From a virus, in the IMG/VR virus record IMGVR_UViG_3300045988_013970, positions 1 through 16,873 of that record: a DNA stretch of 16,873 bases. The stretch is one strand, 5' to 3'. Positions 5,447 to 12,356 of the stretch are shown here, piece after piece; the first letter of the stretch is position 1, and every line of letters begins with the position of its first letter. The position numbers were made by a program, and so were the translations under genes. A model generated the notes under the pieces. The model did not search any database. It saw nothing but the letters and a program-made list of their open reading frames with translations, and was not told the DNA's origin.

Positions 5447-5963
5447 TGTTGTTCGCTCTTTCTCGTGGGGTGACTCTCGGCCCTTCGTTCCCGAAAATAT
5501 CATGATTGCCCAATACTGCCCATGTGATGCAATCATGTTGCGCGGCCTGAGCTGCGGTCATGGTTGCCATCTGATCCACCCGTGCGCCGAACACGGCCAA
5601 CTCGCGGTACATGTCTCGATTCGTGTTTTTAGAGTCTTCATATTTGCCGCGCGTCGGATTATATGTAAGATCCGAATCCTCGTATTGGCCGACCTGCTTT
5701 TCCAAATCATCCAAGGTTTCGTTGATGCGCTCGAACTGCTCGCCGAAACCGGCTACCAACTGTTTGATGGCGTCAATGTCGGCGTTTTCGTCCTTGGCGA
5801 GATTGTCCAGCTGTTCCCTGAGCTGGTCTAAATGCTCGGCCACCTCCTGCACATACCCCAATACGGTCAACGTGTCACGGTATGAGAATGGCTGAACCGT
5901 CGTGAAATACCGTTGTCGCGGGTCGATATCCAACGGTGCGGCACACATGTTAATTCCGTCCAT
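5436..5963 (-). CDS. 175-aa coiled-coil protein, probable tail/neck structural component (function unknown)
   Basis: GGAG RBS 5 nt upstream (TTGGAGTATTATG). Acidic heptad-like central segment (HLDQLREQLDNLAKDENADIDAIKQLV...INETLDDLEKQV). Located between the lower collar and fibre genes. No family recognised. Confidence 0.6.
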   Translation of the reverse strand: MDGINMCAAPLDIDPRQRYFTTVQPFSYRDTLTVLGYVQEVAEHLDQLREQLDNLAKDENADIDAIKQLVAGFGEQFERINETLDDLEKQVGQYEDSDLTYNPTRGKYEDSKNTNRDMYRELAVFGARVDQMATMTAAQAAQHDCITWAVLGNHDIFGNEGPRVTPRERANNNEQ

Positions 5964-5994
5964 AATACTCCAATCTGTCTGTATCCAGTATACT

Positions 5995-6807
5995 CTAGTG
6001 GCCGAGATTATAGGCGAGTGACGTGGAATACAATTGTGGTACGTTGGTCATATTGTCACCACTGCCCCACATGCCCAAAAATAAGTCTTCCAACGAATTA
6101 ATTACCATCATGTCAATATTGAGCATGGTGTTACGCCAGTCCTGCAAGAGCTGTGATTGTGACCCGCTGGTTCCGATCGTATGCGATACGCTATTACCCT
6201 TGTCCGAAGAGTGCGCGTAATCCGTGTTGCTGGTACTGGACGCGGTGGCCGAGCTTTCCTGCTGCGTGCTGGTATGCGTATTGCCTAGCGAGTCTGTCTG
6301 CGAAGCGCTCGTGGCAAACTGTTTAAAATCGTCAATACGAGTCTGCGGAAACTCGCTGTTGAACGTCATGCTGGAATTGTCCGCCTTGGTGTCGGACGTA
6401 CTGTTTGCCGTGGACTCGTTCGACTGCGTGCCCGAAGATCTGCCCGAAGATTCGTTGATGCTGGTCGAGTCCATGGTCTGATTGACGTCTGACGTGATGA
6501 AAGGGTCGAACTTGCGTTGTGCAGATAAATATAATTGGTTGAAATAGTCCATTTGTTCGCGCATGGTACGCCCAAGGTAAAAAATGAACATTTGCGGGGT
6601 TTCGCTGCCGATTTCGCGTAGTGCGTAGTGTGCTACGATTTTTTCGTTCAATTTCGCGCGATATGCTTCGTCGAAAATCGGATAATATTGCGAACTCAAA
6701 TGTAGTTTTTCGTCCGTGTTGAATCCACGGTCGATAAGATTACCCAACGTCAACGTATAATCGGCCATGCTGTCTTTGATGGCGTACATGCTCAAATCTT
6801 GTGCCAT
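5995..6807 (-). CDS. Lower collar protein (phi29 gp11-like)
   Basis: Start taken at ATG 6807, overlapping the portal stop as TAATG and preceded by AAGGAGG. The N-terminal pattern YPIFDEAYRAKLNEKIVAHYALREIGSETPQMF...MDYFNQLY is typical of picovirus lower collar proteins as I recall them. It has a long Ser/Thr-rich central region. At 270 aa it is close to the 293 aa of gp11, and its position after the portal matches. Confidence 0.72.
   Translation of the reverse strand: MAQDLSMYAIKDSMADYTLTLGNLIDRGFNTDEKLHLSSQYYPIFDEAYRAKLNEKIVAHYALREIGSETPQMFIFYLGRTMREQMDYFNQLYLSAQRKFDPFITSDVNQTMDSTSINESSGRSSGTQSNESTANSTSDTKADNSSMTFNSEFPQTRIDDFKQFATSASQTDSLGNTHTSTQQESSATASSTSNTDYAHSSDKGNSVSHTIGTSGSQSQLLQDWRNTMLNIDMMVINSLEDLFLGMWGSGDNMTNVPQLYSTSLAYNLGH
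6007..6012 (-). promoter_or_regulatory. Possible -10 element TATAAT inside the 3' end of the lower collar gene
   Basis: The minus strand reads TCGCCTATAAT, the same 11-mer as at 3657..3667, 44 nt upstream of the 175-aa gene start. It may be chance. Confidence 0.25.
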
Positions 6808-7745
6808 TATTCTTCCTCCTTGTTGCCTTCCACATCCAGCAAACCACCGCTGGTGGTGTCGTTCCATTCGATGCCGATAGGGTATCCCGAGTCAGCCATT
6901 TGCGGCCACAATCGGTTAATCGTATCGCACGCCTGCTGACGGGATTTCAGATAGCTCAGGCGAAACACGTTCGTACGGCTGTTTCCAGCCGTCACTTCCG
7001 ACTCAAGCAACCGTTCCTTCTTTTCCGTCGTGCTGTTATCAATGCCCAGATAGTTGACAAGTTCATTCCATATTTGCGTTTTCGTCGTGATGATTTTGTC
7101 CGCCAAAAACGGGGTGACGTTGGGGAATGTCTGGAACATGCCGGTAATGTCCGCAGAATCATACGCGTAAATGTACGGATCGCCGTCTTCTCGCGCTTTC
7201 ATGAGATTCTGGGCGGTGAGCTTGTTGGTTTCGGATGTGGCGATAATCAATGGAACGCTGATATTATCCAGATTCACATCCAAAGCACGGTCTGCGACAG
7301 CCAATCGCGTGGCATAATTCCACATGACATCAATCATCGTACACCTTAATTGATTATCCCAAATCGGTACGCACTTTTTCGAGCCAATCTGAGGGTGCGA
7401 ATAATTGGTTGCCACCGGCTGAAAGCTGGTCGGGTTATTGTAATTATTCACACCGCCAATATTGCCGGACGTGACCATAAAACGGTTTACCCCCTTGCGC
7501 TTGTCGGGGAAAAACAAGGCTAAGCCGTTCTCAAAAAGGGTCAATTCCAAATATCTTTCATCGATATATGGCGGTAGATTCACCCATTTGAATCGGCTTA
7601 CTGCCAGCATTTCAATAAGTTTCATGTATTGGTTGATTCGCAATGATTGCCGCATTTCGGGTAGATTCAGGTTGCCCCACATAGAGCCTAAAACGCTTTG
7701 GTTGTCCCAGTGTGCGGCCTTGCGTGCGTTATTGCGTTTACCCAT
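6807..7745 (-). CDS. Portal / upper collar connector protein (phi29 gp10-like)
   Basis: KWVNLPP (phi29 FEWENLPP). IWNELVNYLGIDNSTTEKKERLLESEV...YLKSRQQACDTINRLW versus phi29 [27 protein letters not shown]...FLKSREEACEKINELY. Start chosen at ATG 7745 (RBS AGGACGG 8 nt upstream), giving 312 aa against 309 aa for gp10. Confidence 0.92.
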   Translation of the reverse strand: MGKRNNARKAAHWDNQSVLGSMWGNLNLPEMRQSLRINQYMKLIEMLAVSRFKWVNLPPYIDERYLELTLFENGLALFFPDKRKGVNRFMVTSGNIGGVNNYNNPTSFQPVATNYSHPQIGSKKCVPIWDNQLRCTMIDVMWNYATRLAVADRALDVNLDNISVPLIIATSETNKLTAQNLMKAREDGDPYIYAYDSADITGMFQTFPNVTPFLADKIITTKTQIWNELVNYLGIDNSTTEKKERLLESEVTAGNSRTNVFRLSYLKSRQQACDTINRLWPQMADSGYPIGIEWNDTTSGGLLDVEGNKEEE

Positions 7746-7763
7746 GATCACCGTCCTAAACAT

Positions 7764-7794
7764 AATGGAGAGAGTTTTCTTGACTCTCTCCATT
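7764..7794 (-). promoter_or_regulatory. Perfect 12-bp hairpin between the tail knob and portal genes
   Basis: AATGGAGAGAGT / ACTCTCTCCATT with the 7-nt loop TTTCTTG. On the minus strand it is followed only by ATGTTTAGG, a weak U tract. A TATAAT hexamer (7792..7797) overlaps its upstream arm. Confidence 0.5.
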
Positions 7795-7798
7795 ATAT

Positions 7799-10039
7799 CT
7801 AGTATGCGATACCACTTAAAGGCACGTTATCCGCGTAATCGGTGACACCAATCTTATCGGGGTCAGTCCACACCGTCACACCACTTTCAAAAATACCCTT
7901 GACCGTCAACCGGTACTCTTCTGGACACGTCGAGCTACGCACATACAGTTCATGCAGTTTCCAGTAAGTGAAATTGGACATTGCCATGAGATTCTCCGGC
8001 AGCTTCATAAACCTTTGTACATAGTACCCGTACCTTAACCATATTTCCCCAATCGCCTGCATGGCTGCAGGCGGTATCTGCCTGAACCGTACCATGACAC
8101 CAATCAGACCGTTAGCCAGATTGAAGGCGTCACCACCCAATGCGCCGGACGTCGTAGGTGGTACGGTCTGGGTCTGTTGCACTTGGGCGTTGATACCTGC
8201 GATCGTGTTTTCGTAATCGCCTTGCGCCGTGGCCTGAGCCAATTGCCTGTTCATGTCCGCGAGTTGCATGGTTTGCTGATTGGACAGATTCGTTTGCGCG
8301 AGACTGTAGGCGTTGGCCTGTGAGGTGCTGGCATTGTTGGTGGTCTGTGTGTTTGCCAATTGCTGGTTGGCGGTTGAGACGTTATTATTGTAGGTTTGCT
8401 GGTTCGTCCATGCGCCTATCGCGGTGCCCGCTATAGCACCGGCCACACCTCCTATATTACCGGTGACGGCGGAACCGACCGCGTTTGCCACACCCGACCC
8501 GATAGTGTTGAGCTGTGCCATTTGATTGTTGAATCCAAGGTTTTTCAACGTCAGATCGGCGCCCATCTGCGCACTCTGGTTGCTGATCGCGTTCATGGCG
8601 TTCCGGTTCGACGCGCCGAGCCGGTTTTGCGCACTTGCGTACTGGGTACCGAGCAGGGCTTGCGCGTAAGCGTTGTTGATGCCCATTTGGGTTTTCTGAT
8701 ACCCCCAGTCCGCACTTTGCTGAGCATATTGGCGCGTGTAGGCGCTGTTCGCAAGCGCGAGGGCACTACCGTTATTCACGGCCATGAAGGTTGGGAAATT
8801 GGTTATGCCAAAACTCGCGTTGAGCATTTCACCCGTATCGATGGGCAATCCTTTGCCGTCCGGTAGTGGTTGGCGTTCGCCTAGGTTTCCTGCATGATAA
8901 CCCCTCGCATAAAAGTTCAGGCGGGGTGAGGGGGGCGCGTAATTCCATGATTCACGGATGATCAGATCAGCCGATGGGATCTGCTCAGGCTCATACGTGA
9001 TCACGGTTCCGTTAAGGCACGAACATTCGATATAGGCGTAAGGGGCGGTGAGAAACTTTTTCAGGTACTTGTAACGTTCGGGCAGATTAAAGGTGTCTCG
9101 GAAATTCTTCAAGCTGATAATATCCGTGTAGCGGGCGTCGCTATTGTCGTTTCGTGTGCGTAGCTCCCAGCAATTGCCAATGAAACCGACCGAATGCCCG
9201 AAGATTTCCGTCTTTTTCGGCTGACCGTCCAATAACGCTTGCGGCAGATGGGGCACCGCATAAATGCCGCAAATACCTTGCGTCACCCATGGCGCATCCA
9301 TCCCCTCGGTAAAGAATGCGACAATATCGGCGGGAGTATCCAAATAATACATGCTAGTGCCATTCAACTGACTCTCAAAAGCGCTACCGGTGGCAGTGTT
9401 GACCGTTGGATTATCCTTCGTACCCGTGTCCGCTTCCAGATCGGTGGTGCTCACAATAATCAGCCCGTAGGACGTGTATTTCACGCCATCGTGAGTGCCT
9501 ACATCCATAAGCGGCTTCCATGATTCATTCGTGAGTACGGTGCATTTGCCGGTGTCGAGTCCTTCGGGCAGATCGAGGTAGGTTTTACCCCAGTCCTTCC
9601 AGGCGTTTTCGTTCGCAACCCCCACATGCCCTCGTTCCACGTAGGCGTTACCGAGCTGGATATCATGCTGAAAAGACTGCCATACATCCAACTGGATATT
9701 CAACTGTGTGGTGTTGGCGTTTACGTAGTCGCATGTCTGGACGAAATAATACCAACTACGGGGAGTGTCGAAATCATAATCGTTCGTCGCAATCAAATAA
9801 TTGTATCGTGACGCTTGCGCGAACGGAACCGGTAGTCGCACCGGCAACCCATACTTGCTCATGGTGCAATTCGTGAACTCGATGCCCTGCAGTCGGTTGA
9901 AATACTCTTGCTGGGCCTGTCTGTCCCATTTGACTATATCCCTGTAGCTCATGTCCCACGGCACGTTACAGAGCTTGAATCTGGTGTTTGGCGTCCATTT
10001 TGCATAGCTGAAATTGATGGACAGATCGTTTGCGCTCAT
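7799..10039 (-). CDS. Tail knob protein (phi29 gp9-like) with a Q/N-rich insert and hydrophobic glycine-rich segment
   Basis: The N-terminal third resembles gp9: WYYFVQTCDYVNANTTQLNIQLDVWQSF versus phi29 [31 protein letters not shown], followed by YVERGHV versus IVREHV. RBS TAGGAGGAC. Position between the capsid and portal genes is as in phi29. Confidence 0.85.
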   Translation of the reverse strand: MSANDLSINFSYAKWTPNTRFKLCNVPWDMSYRDIVKWDRQAQQEYFNRLQGIEFTNCTMSKYGLPVRLPVPFAQASRYNYLIATNDYDFDTPRSWYYFVQTCDYVNANTTQLNIQLDVWQSFQHDIQLGNAYVERGHVGVANENAWKDWGKTYLDLPEGLDTGKCTVLTNESWKPLMDVGTHDGVKYTSYGLIIVSTTDLEADTGTKDNPTVNTATGSAFESQLNGTSMYYLDTPADIVAFFTEGMDAPWVTQGICGIYAVPHLPQALLDGQPKKTEIFGHSVGFIGNCWELRTRNDNSDARYTDIISLKNFRDTFNLPERYKYLKKFLTAPYAYIECSCLNGTVITYEPEQIPSADLIIRESWNYAPPSPRLNFYARGYHAGNLGERQPLPDGKGLPIDTGEMLNASFGITNFPTFMAVNNGSALALANSAYTRQYAQQSADWGYQKTQMGINNAYAQALLGTQYASAQNRLGASNRNAMNAISNQSAQMGADLTLKNLGFNNQMAQLNTIGSGVANAVGSAVTGNIGGVAGAIAGTAIGAWTNQQTYNNNVSTANQQLANTQTTNNASTSQANAYSLAQTNLSNQQTMQLADMNRQLAQATAQGDYENTIAGINAQVQQTQTVPPTTSGALGGDAFNLANGLIGVMVRFRQIPPAAMQAIGEIWLRYGYYVQRFMKLPENLMAMSNFTYWKLHELYVRSSTCPEEYRLTVKGIFESGVTVWTDPDKIGVTDYADNVPLSGIAY

Positions 10040-10045
10040 AAAGTC

Positions 10046-10088
10046 CTCCTAAAATAATAGGTGTGAATAAAGTCTATCCACACCTATT
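10046..10088 (-). terminator. Weak intrinsic terminator / attenuator downstream of the major capsid gene
   Basis: 10-bp stem AATAGGTGTG / CACACCTATT (10056..10065 and 10079..10088) with a 13-nt loop. On the minus strand it is followed by ATTTTAGGAGG, a U tract that runs into the RBS of the tail gene. Confidence 0.45.
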
Positions 10089-10108
10089 TTACCGGCTATT
10101 GACTAATA

Positions 10109-11824
10109 TCAGGCCGAAACGGTAATCTGTGCAACGCCAGTTTCCCCAGCAAACTTTGCGGTGACGTTGGCAGCGCCTGCGTCGGTTCCGGTCAGTACGC
10201 CATTTGGGGTGATGGTTGCGTGCCGGTCTACCGACCACATGGCGAGATTGGTCACGTCCGCCTTATTGCCGTCAGTCTTGGTGGCAATAGCCTTGAGCGC
10301 GGTATGGCCGTTGACCTTGACCGTCTTTCCACCCTGAATCTCAATTGATTCAATGGCTCCAGTCTTCCAACCTCCCAGCCATTCGCCCACCACTGGCACG
10401 GACAGTGCGGCGGAAACCGTCTGATCGATCTCAGGCGTGGCCGGATTGATGTAGGTGGCCTGAGCCGTGACCTTGAGGGATTCGGCGGTTTCGTCAAGGC
10501 CGCACCGAAGGATACCGTCGTTATCGATGGCGGTAAATTGCGAGGTTGCGCCCTCAACCTTGTATTCGATGCCGACCGGCTGGAACGAGGCCTCGGCCTT
10601 ATTTGCGCTCGTAATTTCGGACGCCACCTGCACCAAATCACCGCGCGACACGTTTTGGGGGGTGATGGAGGGCTGACCGTACTTCATGACGCGCAAGGTA
10701 AATCCCGGCTTCGAGGTGGTGAGCGTATCCGGCAATGTCACGGACTCGCTGGAACCTTCGCCCGTCCAAAACAGCACGGCATTAGCAAACGGGTTAGGGG
10801 TAATCGAACCGCGATGCTTGTAGAAAATGTTGCGAGTGCCGTCAATCGGGTTCACTGGGGAGTTCGTGGTTTCCAACATTTCATCCCAGCAGAAAAAGAA
10901 GTCTTCGGTGGTCAGCACGGCCTGAACCTTGCCGCCGGCACCGCCAATGCCGAACATGTCTTCGGGGATAGGAATAATGCGATACGGGACATTAACCTTG
11001 TCGATGTTGAACGCGGCGGCGAGGGCTTCGACGTTGAGTGCTGCGATCACCTGAGGGGTTGCAAAAAGGATTGCTTCCGAGTCGCGCCATGGGGTGACCC
11101 AGCTCATGGCGTTATAGCGTGGCATGGCTGACATTGGGCTAGCCTTGAGTTCGTTCGCAGTCTGCTGGATGAGACGTAGCAATCCTTTTGCGTCCGCTTC
11201 CGTGGAATCGGCCGCGCCCACGTCCGCCGTATGGACTCGATAAAAACCGCCCTTACGTGCATATTCTGCGAAACACTGGGTTTTCATAACATACATATCG
11301 TTCCTATCCGAGAGGATAGGCGCGTTCATGATCTCGGAAATATAATCGGACATGCCACTTTCGCCGTCGAACGCCGTGAGCAAGGCATCTTCCGGAATAG
11401 TGACCGGATAGTAATGGTCGAACGTAAGTGGATGGAATACAGATGTGGTCGGGAGCGAGTAGCGGCCATACACGTCATCACCCAAGTACTCCTTGTTAAA
11501 ATTACGGGTTCGTGCCTTGACCAAACCGACTGCGGCCTGTTCGTAAGTAGAGCCGTAACGCTTCAAGGTGCGGGGTGAGCCGATAAGCTTCAACGGGTCA
11601 TCCCAATCAGCGTGCTGAATGTACAGACCGATAAGACGCTGAATCAGCACACCGGTAAATTCATCACGCAAATATGGGAAATTGCGCATGGTGTCCACCG
11701 CGTTGCGAATATTGCCTTGCGTAGCGCTTGGAATACGAGTCTGGAACTGGGGAGAGGTGGCGTTGCGCACGGCGTTGAAAATCTCAACATCACCCTTACC
11801 GGCCAATGGTCGAATATTGGACAT
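10109..11824 (-). CDS. Major capsid protein (phi29 gp8-like) with two C-terminal Ig-like (Big_2-type) domains
   Basis: Blocks EIFNAVRN...IPSAT, VIAALNVEALAAAFNIDK and FANAVLF match phi29 gp8 DIVNAIRN...VPLAT, LEAELDVDVLAKAFNMNR and FANAVAF. The C-terminal 190 aa or so shows Big_2-like patterns (LKVTAQATYINP...; VNGHTALKAIATKTDGNKADVTNLAMWSV...ITPNGVLTGTDAGAANVTAKF). Confidence 0.9.
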   Translation of the reverse strand: MSNIRPLAGKGDVEIFNAVRNATSPQFQTRIPSATQGNIRNAVDTMRNFPYLRDEFTGVLIQRLIGLYIQHADWDDPLKLIGSPRTLKRYGSTYEQAAVGLVKARTRNFNKEYLGDDVYGRYSLPTTSVFHPLTFDHYYPVTIPEDALLTAFDGESGMSDYISEIMNAPILSDRNDMYVMKTQCFAEYARKGGFYRVHTADVGAADSTEADAKGLLRLIQQTANELKASPMSAMPRYNAMSWVTPWRDSEAILFATPQVIAALNVEALAAAFNIDKVNVPYRIIPIPEDMFGIGGAGGKVQAVLTTEDFFFCWDEMLETTNSPVNPIDGTRNIFYKHRGSITPNPFANAVLFWTGEGSSESVTLPDTLTTSKPGFTLRVMKYGQPSITPQNVSRGDLVQVASEITSANKAEASFQPVGIEYKVEGATSQFTAIDNDGILRCGLDETAESLKVTAQATYINPATPEIDQTVSAALSVPVVGEWLGGWKTGAIESIEIQGGKTVKVNGHTALKAIATKTDGNKADVTNLAMWSVDRHATITPNGVLTGTDAGAANVTAKFAGETGVAQITVSA

Positions 11825-11842
11825 TATCTATACCTTTCTTAT

Positions 11843-12121
11843 TTAGTCGAACAAATCTTCGATGGAATCGCCGTCGCCGTCGCCGTCATTATCATTGTCG
11901 GACGGGGTAAGGTCATTATAGCCTAGCGTATCCATCATGGCCTTGAGTGCGGCCAATTCCTTTTCGATGCCGTCAAGTCGCACGCTTACGTCCGGCTCCT
12001 GTTTCGGTTCCGGTTCCGGTTCTTTCGGCTTGACTTCATCGTCCACGGTTTCGGTCTGCCGTTCCTCTTCGGTCGGCGGTGGGGTAGTGTTTTCCTCGCC
12101 GTCATTATTCGGGTCTGCCAT
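11843..12121 (-). CDS. Highly acidic 92-aa protein, scaffolding protein candidate (phi29 gp7 position)
   Basis: Immediately upstream of the capsid gene. By my count about 30 Asp/Glu against 7 Lys/Arg. It has a PEPEPEPK stretch, a short central helix-like segment (LDGIEKELAALKAMMDTL) and a DNDNDGDGDGD tail. AAGGAG RBS 6 nt upstream. Confidence 0.55.
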   Translation of the reverse strand: MADPNNDGEENTTPPPTEEERQTETVDDEVKPKEPEPEPKQEPDVSVRLDGIEKELAALKAMMDTLGYNDLTPSDNDNDGDGDGDSIEDLFD

Positions 12122-12156
12122 ACAAAACTCCTTACGTCGGTAGTGTTTCCGCTAAA

Positions 12157-12165
12157 ATTATATCA
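12157..12165 (-). promoter_or_regulatory. Candidate late promoter, extended -10 TGATATAAT
   Basis: The minus strand reads CCATATGATATAAT, located right after the terminator at 12173..12205 and 36 nt upstream of the scaffold ATG. The -35 is weak (TCATTT). Confidence 0.6.
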
Positions 12166-12172
12166 TATGGCG

Positions 12173-12205
12173 AGAAAATAAATGACCCCGCAATCACGCG
12201 GGGTC
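12173..12205 (-). terminator. Intrinsic terminator ending the early/replication transcription unit and the candidate sRNA
   Basis: The minus strand reads GACCCCGC-GTGATT-GCGGGGTC followed by ATTTATTTTCTC. The stem is 8 bp with 7 G:C pairs, the loop is 6 nt, and a U-rich tract follows. Confidence 0.85.
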
Positions 12206-12340
12206 TAGCCGTCCTATCAGAGCGCAAAGGTGATAATCGTAGGGCGCTACCGCCACGATAGCAAATCACGGTCGGCGGCATTCTCAGCCGAGGCAGTCCA
12301 ACCTGTGTCATTCCCAGTCGAAAATCGACGCTCACAAGAC
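12173..12340 (-). ncRNA. Candidate structured small RNA of about 165 nt (possible packaging RNA, pRNA)
   Basis: Bounded by its own extended -10 (12348..12356) and the terminator. It is GC-rich with several possible stem-loops. It occupies the same relative position (after TP and polymerase) as the pRNA gene of phi29. The only ORF across it (12132..12470) runs through both the terminator and the next promoter. Confidence 0.45.
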
Positions 12341-12347
12341 AATATAT

Positions 12348-12356
12348 ATTATAGCA
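12348..12356 (-). promoter_or_regulatory. Candidate extended -10 promoter TGCTATAAT overlapping the DNA polymerase stop codon
   Basis: The minus strand reads ATGGTTATGCTATAATATATATTG. The same 9-mer TGCTATAAT occurs at 14860..14868. No convincing -35. Confidence 0.45.

Noticed and set aside
5521-5537. Plus-strand CATGTGATGCAATCATG inside the 175-aa gene as a fourth copy of the CATGTGAT word
   Set aside because: It has the opposite orientation, is inside a coding region and has no adjacent -10 element. It is compatible with chance.
6808-7793. Longer N-terminal extensions offered by the ORF track for the portal (7793), lower collar (6867), TP (GTG 14820), the 54-aa ORF (5536) and the 58-aa ORF (16445)
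   Set aside because: In each case an internal ATG has a proper RBS at 5-9 nt and abuts or minimally overlaps the upstream stop. The extensions overlap the upstream gene or a hairpin and add non-homologous residues.
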